Assembly (NCBI RefSeq): GCF_963921235.1
Contig: NC_086097.1
Location: 223,450,001-223,514,000 of the forward strand
From: Mobula hypostoma
Lineage: Eukaryota
DNA: 64,000 nucleotides
Direction of reading: 5' to 3'
Shown: piece after piece, positions 51,560 through 64,000 of the stretch
How the letters are laid out: the number at the start of each line of letters is the position of its first letter
Position numbering within the stretch: the first letter of the stretch is position 1
Notes under the pieces: model-generated
Seen by the model: only the letters and a program-made list of their open reading frames with translations
Database searches by the model: none
What the model was told of the DNA's origin: nothing
Program-made: the position numbers and the translations under genes

Positions 51560-54500
51560 AAATGAGGTACTCGAAGAGTATAAGAAATGCAAGAGAGCAC
51601 TTAGGAAATCAGAAGGCTGAAACAAAGGCATGAGGTTGCTCTGGCAGACAAGGTGAAGGAGAGTCCCAAAGGTTTGTACAGATATACTAAGAGCAAAAGA
51701 ATAGAAAGGAGCAAAACTGGTCCTCTGTGAGATCAGAGTGGTAATCTATACTCAGAGCCAAAAGAGATGGGGAAGATCTTAAATGGATTTTAAGGATCTG
51801 CATTTATTCGAAAGACAGAGCAGCGAGGTCATGGACCCTATACAGATTACAGAGGAAATTTTTGCTGTCAAGGCAAGTTAAGGTTGATAAAGCCCCAGAG
51901 CCTGACAATGTGTTCCTTCGGACCCTGTGCGAAACTAGTGCAGAAATTGCAGGGACCCTAGCAGAAATATTTGAAATCCTTAGCCACAGATTGGAGGGGA
52001 GGTGATGTTGTTTCATTTAAAGAATGCTCGAAGAATAAGACAGGAAATTTATAGGCCTATGAGCCTGACATCAGTATGGGAAAGTTATTGGAAGGTTATC
52101 TAAGGGACTGGATATACAAGTATTTGGATGGACAGGGACCGATTAGAGATAGTCAACATAATTTTATGCGTGGTATATTATGTCTAACCAATCTTACAGA
52201 GTTTTTCAAAGAACTTACCAGGAAAGTTGATGAAGGAAAGGCAGTTAATGTGGTCTACATGGACTTTAGCAAGGCCCTGCATGGGAAATGGGTCAAGAAG
52301 GTTCAGCCGCTGAGTATTCAAGACGAGGTAGTAAACTGGATTAGACATTGGCTTCATGACAGAAGCTAGAGGGTGATAGCAGATGGCTGCTTTTCTGATT
52401 CGAGGCCTGTGACTAGTGGTGTGCTGCAGGAATTGGTGCTGGGTTCTCTGTTGTTTGTCATCAATAGCAATTATCTGGATAATATGGTAAACTAGATCAG
52501 CAAATCTGCAGATAACACCAAGATTTGGAGTACAGTGCGCAGTAAGGAAGACTAACCTGGCTTACAGCAGGATTTGGATGAGCTGGACAAATGGGCTGAA
52601 AAGTGGCAGGTGTTACACTTCGGGAAGTCCATCCAGGATAGGTCTCAGACTGGGTGCGGTAGGGTGCTGAAGAGTGCTGTAGATCCCAGATCTGGGATCT
52701 GGGAGTACAGTAGAACAGAGAGATCCATGATTTCTTGAAAGTGGCACCACGGGTAGAAAGGGTCATAAAGCAAGCTTCTGGCACACTGGCCTTCATAACT
52801 CAAAGTACTGAGTAAAGAAGATGGGACGTTATGTTGGAGAGGCCTAATTGGGAGTATTGTGTCTATTTTTAGTCATCTACCTGCAGGAAAGATGTAAATA
52901 GGATTGAAAGAGTGCAAAGAAAATTTACAAGGGCATTTGCCGGGACTGGAGGACTTGAGTTATAGGGAAAGGTTGAACAGGTTATTAGTTTATTTCCCTA
53001 GAACATAAAAAAATTGAGGGGAGATTTGATAGACATACACAAAATTATGACGGGTAGAAATAGGGTAAATGTACCAAGGTTGGGTAAACTACAATGAGAG
53101 GTTATGGGTTATTGGTGAAAGGTGAAATGTGAAAAGAGAACATAAAAACGGACTGTAAAAGCTTTTATAGATATGTAAAAAGGAAAAGACTGATAAAGAC
53201 AAATGTAGGTCCCCTGCAAACAGAAACAGGTGAATTGATTATGGGGAGCAAGGACATGGCAGACCAATTGAATAATTACTTTGGTTCTGTCTTCACTAAG
53301 GAGGACATAGATAATCTTCCAGAAATAGTAAGGGACAGAGGGTCCAGTGAGATGGAGGAACTGAGCGAAATACATGTTAGTAGGGAAGTGGTGTTAGGTA
53401 AATTGAAGGGATTGAAGGCAGATAAATCCCCAGGGCCAGATGGTCTGCATCCCAGAGTGCTTAAGGAAGTAGCCCAAGAAATAGTGGATGCATTAGTGAT
53501 AATTTTTCAAAACTCGTTAGATTCTGGACTAGTTCCTGAGGATTGGAGGGTGGCTAATGTAACCCCACTTTTTAAAAAAGGAGGGAGAGAGAAACCGGGG
53601 AATTATAGGCCGGTTAGCCTAACGTCGGTGGTGGGGAAACTGCTGGAGTCAGTTATCAAGGATGTGATAACAGCACATTTGGAAAGCGGTGAAATGATTG
53701 GACAAAGTCAGCATGGATTTGTGAAAGGAAAATCATGTCTGACGAATCTCATAGAATTTTTTGAGGATGTAACTAGTAGAGTGGATAGGGGAGAACCAGT
53801 GGATGTGGTATATTTGGATTTTCAAAAGGCTTTTGACAAGGTCCCACACAGGAGATTAGTGTGCAAACTTAAAGCACACGGTATTGGGGGTAAGGTATTG
53901 GTGTGGGTGGAGAATTGGTTAGCAGACAGGAAGCAAAGAGTGGGAATAAACGGGACCTTTTCAGAATGGCAGGCGGTGACTAGTGGGGTACCGCAAGGCT
54001 CAGTGCTGGGACCCCAATTGTTTACAATATATATTAATGACTTGGATGAGGGAATCAAATGCAGCATCTCCAAGTTTGCGGATGACACGAAGCTGGGTGG
54101 CGGTGTTAGCAGTGAGGAGGATGCTAAGAGGATGCAGGGTGACTTGGATAGGTTGGGTGAGTGGGCAAATTCATGGCAGATGCAATTTAATGTGGATAAA
54201 TGTGAAGTTATCCACTTTGGTGGCAAAAATAGGAAAACAGATTATTATCTGAATGGTGGCCGATTAGGAAAAGGGGAGGTGCAACGAGACCTGGGTGTCA
54301 TTATACACCAGTCATTGAAAGTGGGCATGCAGGTACAGCAGGCAGTGAAAAAGGCGAACGGTATGCTGGCATTTATAGCGAGAGGATTCGAGTACAGGAG
54401 CAGGGAGGTACTACTGCAGTTGTACAAGGCCTTGGTGAGACCACACCTGGAGTATTGTGTGCAGTTTTGGTCCCCTAATCTGAGGAAAGACATCTTTGCC

Positions 54501-55245
54501 ATAGAGGGAGTACAAATAAGGTTCACCAGATTGATTCCTGGGATGGCAGGTCTTTCATATGAAGAAAGACTAGATGAACTGGGCTTGTACTCGTTGGAAT
54601 TTAGAAGATTGAGGGGGGATCTGATTGAAACGTATAAGATCCTAAAGGGATTGGACAGGCTAGATGCGGGAAGATTGTTCCCGATGTTGGGGAGGTCCAG
54701 AACGAGGGGTCACAGTTTGAGGATAGAGGGGAAGCCTTTTAGGACCGAGATTAGGAAAAACTTCTTCACACAGAGAGTGGTGAATCTGTGGAATTCTCTG
54801 CCACAGCAAATTGTTGAGGCCAGTTCATTAGCTATGTTTAAAAGGAAGTTAGATATGGCCCTTGTGGCTACAGGGGTCAGGGGGTATGGAGGGAAGGCTG
54901 GGTTCTGAGTTGGATGATCAGCCATGATCATAATAAATGGCGGTGCAGGCTCGAAGGGCCGAATGGCCTACTCCTGCACCTATTTTCTATGTTTCTATGT
55001 TTCTATGTTTAAGGGGAACACAAGGGATAACTCCTTCACTCAGAGTAGTGAGTGTGTGGAACATGCTGCCAGCGCAAGTGGTGGATACGGGGTCGATTTC
55101 AACATTTAAGAGAAATCTGGATAGGTACATGGATGGTAGGGGTATGGAGGGGTATGGTCCTGGTGCAGGTCAATGGGAGTAGGCAGCTTAAATGGCTGGG
55201 CACAAACTAGTTGGCCAAAGGGCCTGCTTGTGCTGTCGTGCTGAA
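51560..55245 (+). mobile_element. Older CR1 LINE (51560-53130 and 55009-55245) split by a young CR1
   Basis: Degenerate RT motifs; ...gaaaggtgaaatgt|ttaaggggaac... is continuous across the insertion. Confidence 0.88.
53235..54908 (+). CDS. CR1 LINE ORF2 reverse transcriptase, 5'-truncated with uninterrupted frame (element ~53131-55008)
   Basis: 557 aa without stops: KSPGPDGLHPRVLKE, NYRPVSLTS, DFQKAFDKVPH, GVPQGSVLGP and KFADDTKL; (tttctatg)n tail; no endonuclease domain. Confidence 0.96.
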   Translation: MIMGSKDMADQLNNYFGSVFTKEDIDNLPEIVRDRGSSEMEELSEIHVSREVVLGKLKGLKADKSPGPDGLHPRVLKEVAQEIVDALVIIFQNSLDSGLVPEDWRVANVTPLFKKGGREKPGNYRPVSLTSVVGKLLESVIKDVITAHLESGEMIGQSQHGFVKGKSCLTNLIEFFEDVTSRVDRGEPVDVVYLDFQKAFDKVPHRRLVCKLKAHGIGGKVLVWVENWLADRKQRVGINGTFSEWQAVTSGVPQGSVLGPQLFTIYINDLDEGIKCSISKFADDTKLGGGVSSEEDAKRMQGDLDRLGEWANSWQMQFNVDKCEVIHFGGKNRKTDYYLNGGRLGKGEVQRDLGVIIHQSLKVGMQVQQAVKKANGMLAFIARGFEYRSREVLLQLYKALVRPHLEYCVQFWSPNLRKDIFAIEGVQIRFTRLIPGMAGLSYEERLDELGLYSLEFRRLRGDLIETYKILKGLDRLDAGRLFPMLGRSRTRGHSLRIEGKPFRTEIRKNFFTQRVVNLWNSLPQQIVEASSLAMFKRKLDMALVATGVRGYGGKAGF

Positions 55246-57339
55246 TATGTAATGAATAAATCTGAATTTGAATTTGCTCTTCATCAGAAATTGCCAAGGA
55301 ATTTCATATATTAATGCAAGGGAGCTGGTAAGACCTTGGTTTGAATGGTCATTGACAAATCTCTCCACAAATGCTGACTGACCTGCTAAGTATTTTCAAG
55401 TTTTAACTTACTTAAAATCAGAATCAGAATCAGGTTTATTATCACCGGTATGTGATGTGAAATTTGTTAACTTAGCAGCAGATTAATGCAATACATAATC
55501 TAGCAGAGAGAGAGAAAAAAAATAAAACATAATAATAAATAAACAAGTAAATCAATTACGCATATTGAATAGATTATTAAAAAATGTGCAAAAAACCCAG
55601 AAATACTGTATATTAAAAAAAGTGAGGTAGTGTCCAAAGCTTCAAAGTCCATTCAGGAATCAGATGGCAGAGGGGAAGAAGCTGTTCCTAAATCGCTGAG
55701 TGTGTGCCTTCAGGTTTCTGTATCTCCTTCCTGATGGTAACAGTGTGAAAAGGACATGCCCTGGGTGCTAGAGGTCTTTAATAATGGACACTGCCTCTCT
55801 GAGACATCGCTCCCTAAAGATGTCCTGGGTACTTTGTAGGCTAGCAACCAAGATGGAGCTGACAAGATTTACAACCTTCTGCGCCTTCTGCACCTCCATA
55901 CCAGACAGTGATGCAGCCTGTCAGAATGCTCTCCACGGTACAACTATAGAAGTTTTTGAGTGTATTTGTTAAATCTGTAACATTTGTTAAAATGTTAAAT
56001 TTCCAACATCTACCAGTTTTAGTTTGTCAGCAACTCAGCTGAACTTCTCATCCAAAAGCTAGCACCTTCAATAGACCTCAGCATCGACTCAAGAGTTAGT
56101 TCAGATCTGTGTGCTCAAGTCTCTGGAGAGGAACTCTGAGTCCACAATCATTTGGCCCAGAGATGAGAACTCCACTTTGCAAGCCACAGCAGGCATTGTG
56201 ACAGATATGAATTTGTAGATTCAAGATTTTCAGACTCTTTAAAGCTTAAATCAATTAAGCATAATTTTTTTTTCTTGAAGAATGAGCTACACAACTTGGG
56301 TCAAACCTAATAAATTCCCATGCTACTGATTAAATTCCCCCAAAAAAAGGAAATGAAGATTTTTCATAGACAATAGAGCACAATGGCAAATAACTTATTG
56401 GATTTATTCAATTAAATGGATGTTATTTTTCAATTAAAGATTCCTTATAACTTTACTTTAAATTTTTCCAGCAGCAGAACCCATTCACATAGCATCTGAA
56501 CTGACTTGAGGGGAATTAAAACAAACAGACATCTTGATTGTCATCTTCAGATTCTTGAACAATCAATCTACTTGCACTCTGCCATTACTAGTTAAAGAAT
56601 GCACAAGTACTTGGGCATAAATAATACTAAAAAAAAATTAACAGAGTGCCAATGAAGCAGAGGTTAAAAGCAATGACCAAAATTTGGTCAAAGAAATTGT
56701 TATAAGTTTACAAAGGATGTCAGGAAGTCAAAATGGCTTTAAAAATGTGTGCAGGGCCTAGAGCAGGTGGCATTACGGCATGGATTCAGATATAATCAAA
56801 TCAATCATTTCTCCCAAGTTTTCACCATGGATGACATTGTAAATATCACTTCAAGGCAATTTCAAATTACAGGGGGAAGACTTGTTATAATTCCAAAACC
56901 AAGGGATAAAATACTAGAAGAATCAGAATCAGATTTAATATCACTGGCATTCGTCGTGAAATTTGTTAACTTTGTGCTAGCAGTACAATGCAATACATGA
57001 GAAGAGATATTTTAAAACTGAATTACAGTAAATATATATATATTTTTAAATAATTAAATTAAATAAGTAGTGAGTTAGTGTTCATGGGTTCAATGTCCAT
57101 TCAGAAATCAGACGACAGGGGTGTTCCTGAATCGTCGAGTCTGTGCCTTTAGGCTTCTGTACCTCTTCCTGATGGTAGCAATGAGAAGAGGGCACGTCCT
57201 GGGTGGCGGGGGCCCGTAATCATGGATGGTGCCTTTCTGAAGCACTGCTCCTTGAAGGTGTCCTGGATACTACGAAGGCTAGCACCTAGGATGGAGCTGA
57301 CTAATTTTACAACTCTCTGCAGCTTATTTCAATCCTGAA

Positions 57340-59055
57340 CAGGATTAAAGGCAACAAATCACCAGGACCTGTGGCCTGCAGAAAGACCGTAAACAAAGTA
57401 GGTGTAGAGATGGTAGGCCCATTGTTGATATATTTCTAAAGGTACTAGAAGATTGAAAAATACTAATGTGGCTCCCTTGCTCAAAAAGGGAGGAAGACAA
57501 AAGGCAGGGAAACACGCCAGTTATTTTAACATCTATTGTCAGCAAAACACTAGAATCAATAACCAAAGGGGAAATAATGAACCGTTTAGAAAAGCTGAAC
57601 ATAATTAAGCTAGTCGACATGGCTTTATGAAAAGTCATGTATAGGTCTACCTTCACTAATCCGACTACCTGTAATCCGGTTCCTTCGATAATCCAGAACT
57701 GATTATGCTTAATGTGATCCTTCTCTAGTTCGGCATTTTCACTAATCCGGCACTCCTCAGGTCCCAAGGGTGCCGGATTAGTGAAGGTCGACCTGTATTA
57801 CTAACTTCAATGAGTTTTCTTGACAAGGTGATGAGGGTGATTGTTGAAGGTAGAACTGTGGATATTGTGCACATGGTTTTTAGTAAAGCATTTGACAAGG
57901 TCCCTCATGGAAGGCTCTTCCAGAAGATTAAGGTGTATGGGATTCATAGGGAATTGGCCATTTGGATTCAGAACTAGCTTGTCCATACAAGACAAAGGGT
58001 AGTGGTCAATGGGACTTAACCTTGCTGGAGGTCTGTAATTAGTGGAATTCTGCAGGAATCTGTGCTGGGACCTCTGCTGTTTGTGATGTACATAAATAAA
58101 ATGGATGAAAATGTAGATGAGTGGGTTACTAAGTGCTCAGATGATATGAAGGTTGGTGGTGTTGTGGTTACCACAGAAGACTAACAAAGCACACAGCTGG
58201 ATATTGATCAGTTGCAGACATGGGTGGAGAAATGGCAGATGGAGTTTAACCCGCCAAATGTGAAGTATTGCACCTTCATGGGTCAAATGTAAAGAAACAC
58301 TGCACCATTAAGCGCAAGATCTTTAATAGTGTTGATGAGCTGAGGGATCGTGGGGTCAAAGTTCACAGCTCCCTGAAAGTGGCTACACAGGTTGACAGGG
58401 TGGCTAAGGCGGCAAATGGCATCCTTGCCTTTATTAGTCAAGGTACTGAGTTCAAAGTCAGGAAGTTACGTTGCAGCTTTATAAAACTCTGGTTAGGTCG
58501 CATCTGGAGTATCATATACAGTTCTACTTGCCCTGTTATAGGAAGGATATTAAGGCTTTGGAAAGGGTACAGAAAAGGTTTACCTGGATGCTGCCTGGAT
58601 TAGAGGGCATCCAACGAGTGGTTGGACAAAACTTGAGTTGTTTTTTCTGGAGTGGCAGAGGCTGAAGGAGATTTAATAGCAGCTTATAGATTATGAGGTG
58701 TATAGATTGAGTGGACAGATGGTATCTTCTTCCCAGGATTGAAATGTCCAATAGCAGAGGACAGGTATTTAAGGTGAGAAGGAGCAAGTTCAAAGGAGAT
58801 GCAAGAGGTTTTCTTTTTTAAGTACAGATTGGTGCCTGGGATGCACTGCCTGGGGAATTGTTAGAGGCAGATATATTAGGGACTTTTAAGAGACATTTAG
58901 AAAAGCAAATGAATATGAGGAAAAGGGAAGGATATGGACATTGTGTAGGTAGAAAGGATTAGATTAGTTGGCCTTTTGATTATTAATTTAATTGGTTCAG
59001 TACAACATTGTTGGCGAAGGGTATGTTCCTGTGCTGTACTAGTCTACATTCTATC
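57340..59055 (+). mobile_element. Degenerate CR1 LINE
   Basis: FSKAFDKVPHGRL and LYKTLVRSHLEY; interrupted by a MITE. Confidence 0.88.
57642..57795. mobile_element. pogo/Tigger-like MITE, 154 bp
   Basis: TA|TAGGTCTACCTTCACTAATCCG ... CGGATTAGTGAAGGTCGACCTG|TA; splits the CR1 KSC-LTN motif. Confidence 0.85.
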
Positions 59056-60211
59056 AAAAGCAAGTCATGTTTGACAACAGCACACACAAACTGCAGGAGG
59101 AGCTCAGCAGATCAGGCAGGATCAATGAAAGAAATGAACAGTCGGCATTTCATGCCAAGACTCTTCTTCAGGACTGGAAAAGAAGGGGAAGGCACCAGAA
59201 TAAAGAGGGGGGGGGAGAAGGCAAGGAGGACTAGCTAGAAGGTGATAGGTGAAACCAGGTGGGACCAAAAGGTCAAGTGTTAGAGAATAAGATATCTAAT
59301 AGGACAGAAGAGTGGACCATGGAAGAAGGAGGAACACTAGGGGATGTGATAGGCAAGTGCAGAGAAAAGTTAAGAGGCAGAATGGGGAATAAATGAAAGG
59401 GGAAGGGGGAGGGAAGGAAGTACCAGAAGGAGAAATCGATGTTCATGCCATCAGGTTGGTGGCTACCTAGGCAGAATATGAGGTGTTGATTCTCCACACC
59501 GAGGGTGGCCTCATATTAGCAAAAACAGCCATGGACCAACATATCAGAACAGGAATGGGGGTAGGAAGTAAAACTTTAAGCCACCAGGAAACTGTGCTTT
59601 TAGCAGAGTTGCTTGACAAAGCGCTTCCCTAATTTAGCTCGGGTCTCACCAATGCAGACGAGGTCACATTGGAAGTATAGACACAATAAGTAACCCCATC
59701 GGATTCACAAGTCAAGTGTTGGCCTCACATGGAAGGACTGTTTGGGGCCCTGAATGGAGGCAAGGGAGGAGGTGAATGGGCAGGTGCAGCATTTCTGCTG
59801 CTTGCAGGGCTATATGCCAGGAGAGAGTTAGGTGGGGAGGGACGAGAATCACAGAGGGAGTGATCCCTGAGGAAAGTGGTCAGTGGGTGGGGGGAGGCGG
59901 AAAGTGGTAAAGATGCGTTTGACGATAGAATCCCATTGAAGGCAGTGAAGAATGACGTGTTGGAAATGAAGGCTCATGTGGTAGGCGAGGACAGGAGGAT
60001 CTCTATCCCTGTTAAGGCACTGGGAAGATGGGGTGAGCACAGATGTCCAGGAAATAGAGGAGATGGCGATGAGGGCAGCATCAATGGTGGAAGAAAGAGG
60101 ACGACATCCCTGATATCCTGGAAAAGAAAGCCTCATCCTGGCGGAAAACAAAGGAACTGAAAAAAGGGAACAGCATTTTTACAGGAGACAGGGTGAGAAG
60201 AGAATAGTGGA

Positions 60212-60662
60212 CTGGGTAGCCTCCAACCTGATGGCATGAACATTGACTTCTCAAACTTCCTCTAATGCCCCACCTCCCCCTCGTACGCGATCCGTTATTT
60301 ACTTATATACACACACATTCTTTTTCTTTCTCTTTTTTCTCCCTCTGTCCCTCTCAGTATACCCCTTGCCCATCCTCTGGGTTTTCCCTCCTCCCCCTTT
60401 TCTTTCTCCCTAGGCCTCCTGTCCAGTAATCCTCTCATATCCCTTTTGCCAATCAACTGTCCAGCTCTTGGCTCCATCCCACCCCCTCCTGTCTTCTCCT
60501 ATCATTTTGGATCTCCCTCTCCCCTCCCCCTCTCAAATCGCTTACTAGCTCTTCTTTCAGTTAGTCCTGACAAAGGGTCTCGGCCCGAAACGTCGACTGT
60601 ACCTCTTCCTAGATATGCTGCCTGGCCTGCTGCGTTCACCAGCAACTTTAATGTGTGTTGCC
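60212..60662 (+). mobile_element. Young PLE pseudo-LTR nested in an older PLE
   Basis: 13-bp TSD agagaa(t/a)agtgga (60199-60211, 60663-60675). Confidence 0.85.
60563..60598 (+). ncRNA. Minimal hammerhead motif with G8A change
   Basis: AGUC-CUGACAA-A-GGGU-CUCG-GCCC-GAAA-CG-UC/GACU; helices intact, G8 lost (CpG-type decay). Confidence 0.7.
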
Positions 60663-61059
60663 AGAGAAAAGTGGAGATAGCAATGGGAATCAATAGGTTC
60701 ATAAAACATGTCAATAGACAGTTTGTCTGCAGAGACATAGGCAGAGAGATTGAGAAAGGGGAAAGAGGTGTCAGAAATGGATCAAGTGAATTTAAGAGCA
60801 GGGTGGAAGTTGGAGGATGAAATTGACTTACTCAGCATGGGTACACGAAGCAGCACCAATGCAGACGTCAGTGTAATGCAGGAAGAATTGGGGAGCATTA
60901 CTGGAGAAAGTTTGGAACATGGACTGTTTTACGTAGCCAGTGAAAAGGTAAGCATCGCTGGGGCCCGTGGCTACCCCTTGAGTTTGGAGAAAGTGGGAGG
61001 AGCCGAAGGAGCAATTGTGAGAGTGAGGACCAGCTCTGCCAGATGAAGGAGGGTTGTGT

Positions 61060-62400
61060 TTGACAAATTCCTTGAATCCTTTGATGAATAAACAGGGAGA
61101 GTTGATAAAGGGGAACTTGCAGATGCAGTGTTCTTAGATTTCCAAGACATTTGGCCAGGTGCAAAATAAGGAGCTGTTGCATAAATTAAGAACCCACAGC
61201 ATTGAAGGAAGCATATAAACTGGCCATCACATAGGAAAAAAGAGCCAGACTAAGTGTGCCCTTTTCAGGCTAAAGAGAATTGTGGAATACTCCAGGGACT
61301 TGTTATTGCCCGTAATGGTTTACTATTTACAGTAATGACCTAGAAGGGAGAATGAAAGGTTACCAAGTACATTAACGATATGAAAATAGGTAGCAAGCAC
61401 ATCATGAAGAGAAAATGGTGATTCTGCAACAGGATACAGATAGAGTGAATGGGTAAAAACCTGGCAAATGGAGTTTAATTTGAGGAAGCGTGAGGGGCGT
61501 GCGCTCCTGTAAGGAGAGTCAAAAGGAATTGATACTACAGCCGACAGACTCACTTTCAAGGACTCTGAACAACTTATGATCTCTGTATTACTTTTTTTTT
61601 AATTTGCACAATTTTTCTTCTTTTACGCATTGGTCAGTCTTTATGTATGGTATTTCATAGATTCTTTTGTATTTCTTTATTTTTCCTGTAAATGCCAGGA
61701 AAATGAATCTCAAGTAGTATATGGTAACAAATACATACTTTAATAATAAATTTACTTTGAACGGGTGGATTATGATGCAGATGCAAATTAGTGAAGTTCA
61801 GAGGGATCTAGATGTCCTAGTTCACGAATCAGAAAAAGTTAGCAGGGAGGTGTAACAAGTAAAGACAACAAAAGGCATTTTGACTTTAATTGTGGAAAGG
61901 TTTCAGAATAGATTGTTACAATTGGACGTGGTGTTGCTGAGGCCACACCTGGAACTCTGTGCAGAGATTTGGTCCCTTTAACTAAAAAAGGTAATAGCAT
62001 CAGATAATCCGAGAAAAGATTTACTAGCCTCATTCCCTTTAAGGAAGGCTAATGGTCAATGCCTTTGGAGTTCAGAAGAATGGGCAGTGGTGGAGAGATT
62101 TCTTGACAGGGTAGACATTGAGATATTCTCAACACCGGGATAGTCACAAACAAAAGGGACACTGCTATAAAATAAAGAGTCAGCCATTTACAGCTGAGTT
62201 ACATAGAAATTCCTTCACTCAAAGAACAGTGAAGCTCTACAATTCTCTCTGCTCACCAGTGCAGAAGGCCAGATCATTAGATTATGTAAATGGAAATAGA
62301 TAAATATTCAAAGGGTCAATGAATTAATGTTATGCAGAAATGGCACAAGAGTCAGACCCCAGCACAGACCAGCCATCATGATTATGGGCAGGTTTGGTCG
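61060..62400 (+). mobile_element. Old CR1 remnants interrupted by a Rex1-type tail (~61535-61762)
   Basis: QRDLDVLVHESEK and RNSFTQRTVKLYNSL motifs. Confidence 0.65.
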
Positions 62401-63433
62401 GGGTCAGGGGTGAGTAGTCTGGTGACCCGATTTTCTCGAGTTCTTGTGGACAATACTGACAGACCAAGTGGGGGATGGGGCACTATGTGGAAAACAGTCA
62501 AAACAAAGATAACACTTTCTATTCTTGTTCCTCAGTCCCATTTTACTGAGCTCTAAAATACCTGTCTAAATACAGTAACCATTCAGGATACATGCTCTGG
62601 AACTAGTGCTTGATTTTTTTTTGCCATTCAAGGATTTTTGCATTCAATCCAGATGTCTACTAAGGAGCTTCACTAAAATCCTGTGTCTTGTTACATTTCC
62701 TACAAAAAGGAGTAGCTGACATGAATAGTCCAGCTAAATTTAGAGAAAATAAATAACTAAATACACAAGGGAGAAAGAAAAAAATATCTGTTGATAGAAT
62801 TAGATAAAGATGGATGGAAAACATATGCAGGATAAGCTTCAGCACAAAACAACTAGCCAAAAGGCATGTTTCACTTCCCTTACATTTTTGTAAAAATAAC
62901 ATGATAAAACAAGATTAAAAAGCTGGCATTCTATCAAAATCAAAGATGGTTCGATAACCATCACTTTGCCTGTTTGGCACACTGAGTCTACACTGGCCCG
63001 TTGATCCTACACTGGCTTTCTAAGGGTTCTGTTCTTCCCCATATCCTTTTGATCTAATTCTCTTTGGATAGGTGCCATTCATTTGGTGCCCACCACCCAT
63101 TCAGGTAGTTCATTCCAAATTCCAACTGATACACAGCCTCTTCAATGCCCCTGGCAAAGGTTACATATCGGTATCAAAGGTTATGGGGAGAAGGCCGGGG
63201 AGTGGGGCTGAGGGGGGGAAAAAAAAAGGATCAGCCATGATTAAATGATGGAGCAGACTCTATGGGCCAAATTCTACTCCTATGTCTAATGATCTTATAC
63301 CAATCAGCTTAAATGTACTCCCTTGAGTTATATTGGCCATTTATCAATTACTAATATTTCTTTTACTTAAGATTTTTAAAATTATCAGTTATCCTATTAG
63401 CCTTCTTTGCTTCAAGAACCACAGTTTTTCTAA

Positions 63434-64000
63434 TGTTACATACCTCAAGGAGATCTTGCGGCTTTCTTGTGAGAATGATGTAATGATTTTTTGGAAGTCA
63501 CCTGATGTAATTTTCCTGCCGATGTGAGGTCACGTGATGACATGTTCACCACGGGTATAAAAGGGAAGACCTCAGGTGACGCAGTTAGTTTTTCCAGTTA
63601 GAACGTCAATGAGGTATTCCGCACCGCTGCTTATTTGCATTATGACGCAGTTTTGATTTTAAACGGAGTTTTATGTTCTAATATAAGGTACAGAAATCTG
63701 AGCTGGGAGTTTGACCAATCGCTGCCAGGTTTGTTAATGTATCTTTTAAGTAACACTGGAGAGTGAAGATGGGACCCTGAAGGAGACGTTCGACAGGTTT
63801 GGAAAGTATCGACCATTACTGAATTCGTTCAAGAAAGAGTGATCTGCATGAGACAGTCTCTGCTAAAAAGGAAGCAGAAAAGGCTGTGCAGGATCTATTC
63901 TACGAAGTAGTAAGGTCAGTGCCTTTAAAACCATTTTATTTCCGTTGTCGTGAATCCTGTGGACAAGGCAGGATCCAACTGGGAGTGGCAGTGACGTCGT
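63434..64000 (+). mobile_element. LTR-like element (Gypsy-like), runs off the window
   Basis: Begins TGTTAC; TATAAAA at ~63557 preceded by tgatgtaa and gtcacgtga motifs; more CpG than the flanks; 3' end not visible. Confidence 0.5.

Larger units (their letters stand above)
59078..61056 (-). mobile_element. Penelope-like element (RT, GIY-YIG region, pLTR), degenerate
   Basis: Minus strand HLAELVLT, SSHFLQTQGVA and QFFLHYTDVCIGAAS (decayed YIDD), QGPKQSFHV; pLTR with decayed hammerhead at 59139-59176. Confidence 0.88.

Overview
Vertebrate genomic DNA, most likely a cartilaginous fish (probably a ray; inferred from the CR1/Rex1/V-SINE/Penelope repeat mix). The window lies inside the Staufen-2 (stau2) gene on the minus strand. 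One clear 136-nt coding exon, missed by the ORF track, sits at 45692-45827 and reads GSITPTVELNGLAMKRGEPAIYRPLEPKPLPNYRANYNFKGMYNQR (start of dsRBD2). I could not find the neighbouring canonical exons, so the rest appears intronic. The introns are packed with nested transposable elements: CR1 LINEs (one young copy with an intact 557-aa RT frame), Rex1/Babar LINEs, V-SINEs, a Tc1 fossil, hAT/pogo/Harbinger-like MITEs, LTRs and many Penelope-like element (PLE) fragments. Most interesting: (i) about a dozen minimal type I hammerhead ribozyme motifs carried by PLE pseudo-LTRs, including a core-intact copy in the stau2 sense orientation, a subfamily with a shared A6C core variant, and a copy whose core is cleanly deleted; (ii) two frame-preserving candidate cassette exons (45 nt and 33 nt) that would insert into the dsRBD2 loop of Stau2; (iii) inverted repeats and a long hairpin that could form dsRNA in the pre-mRNA of a dsRNA-binding protein; (iv) a possible degenerate HDV-like ribozyme in an RTE-like 5' region. 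Repeat boundaries are by eye and approximate unless a target-site duplication (TSD) is given.
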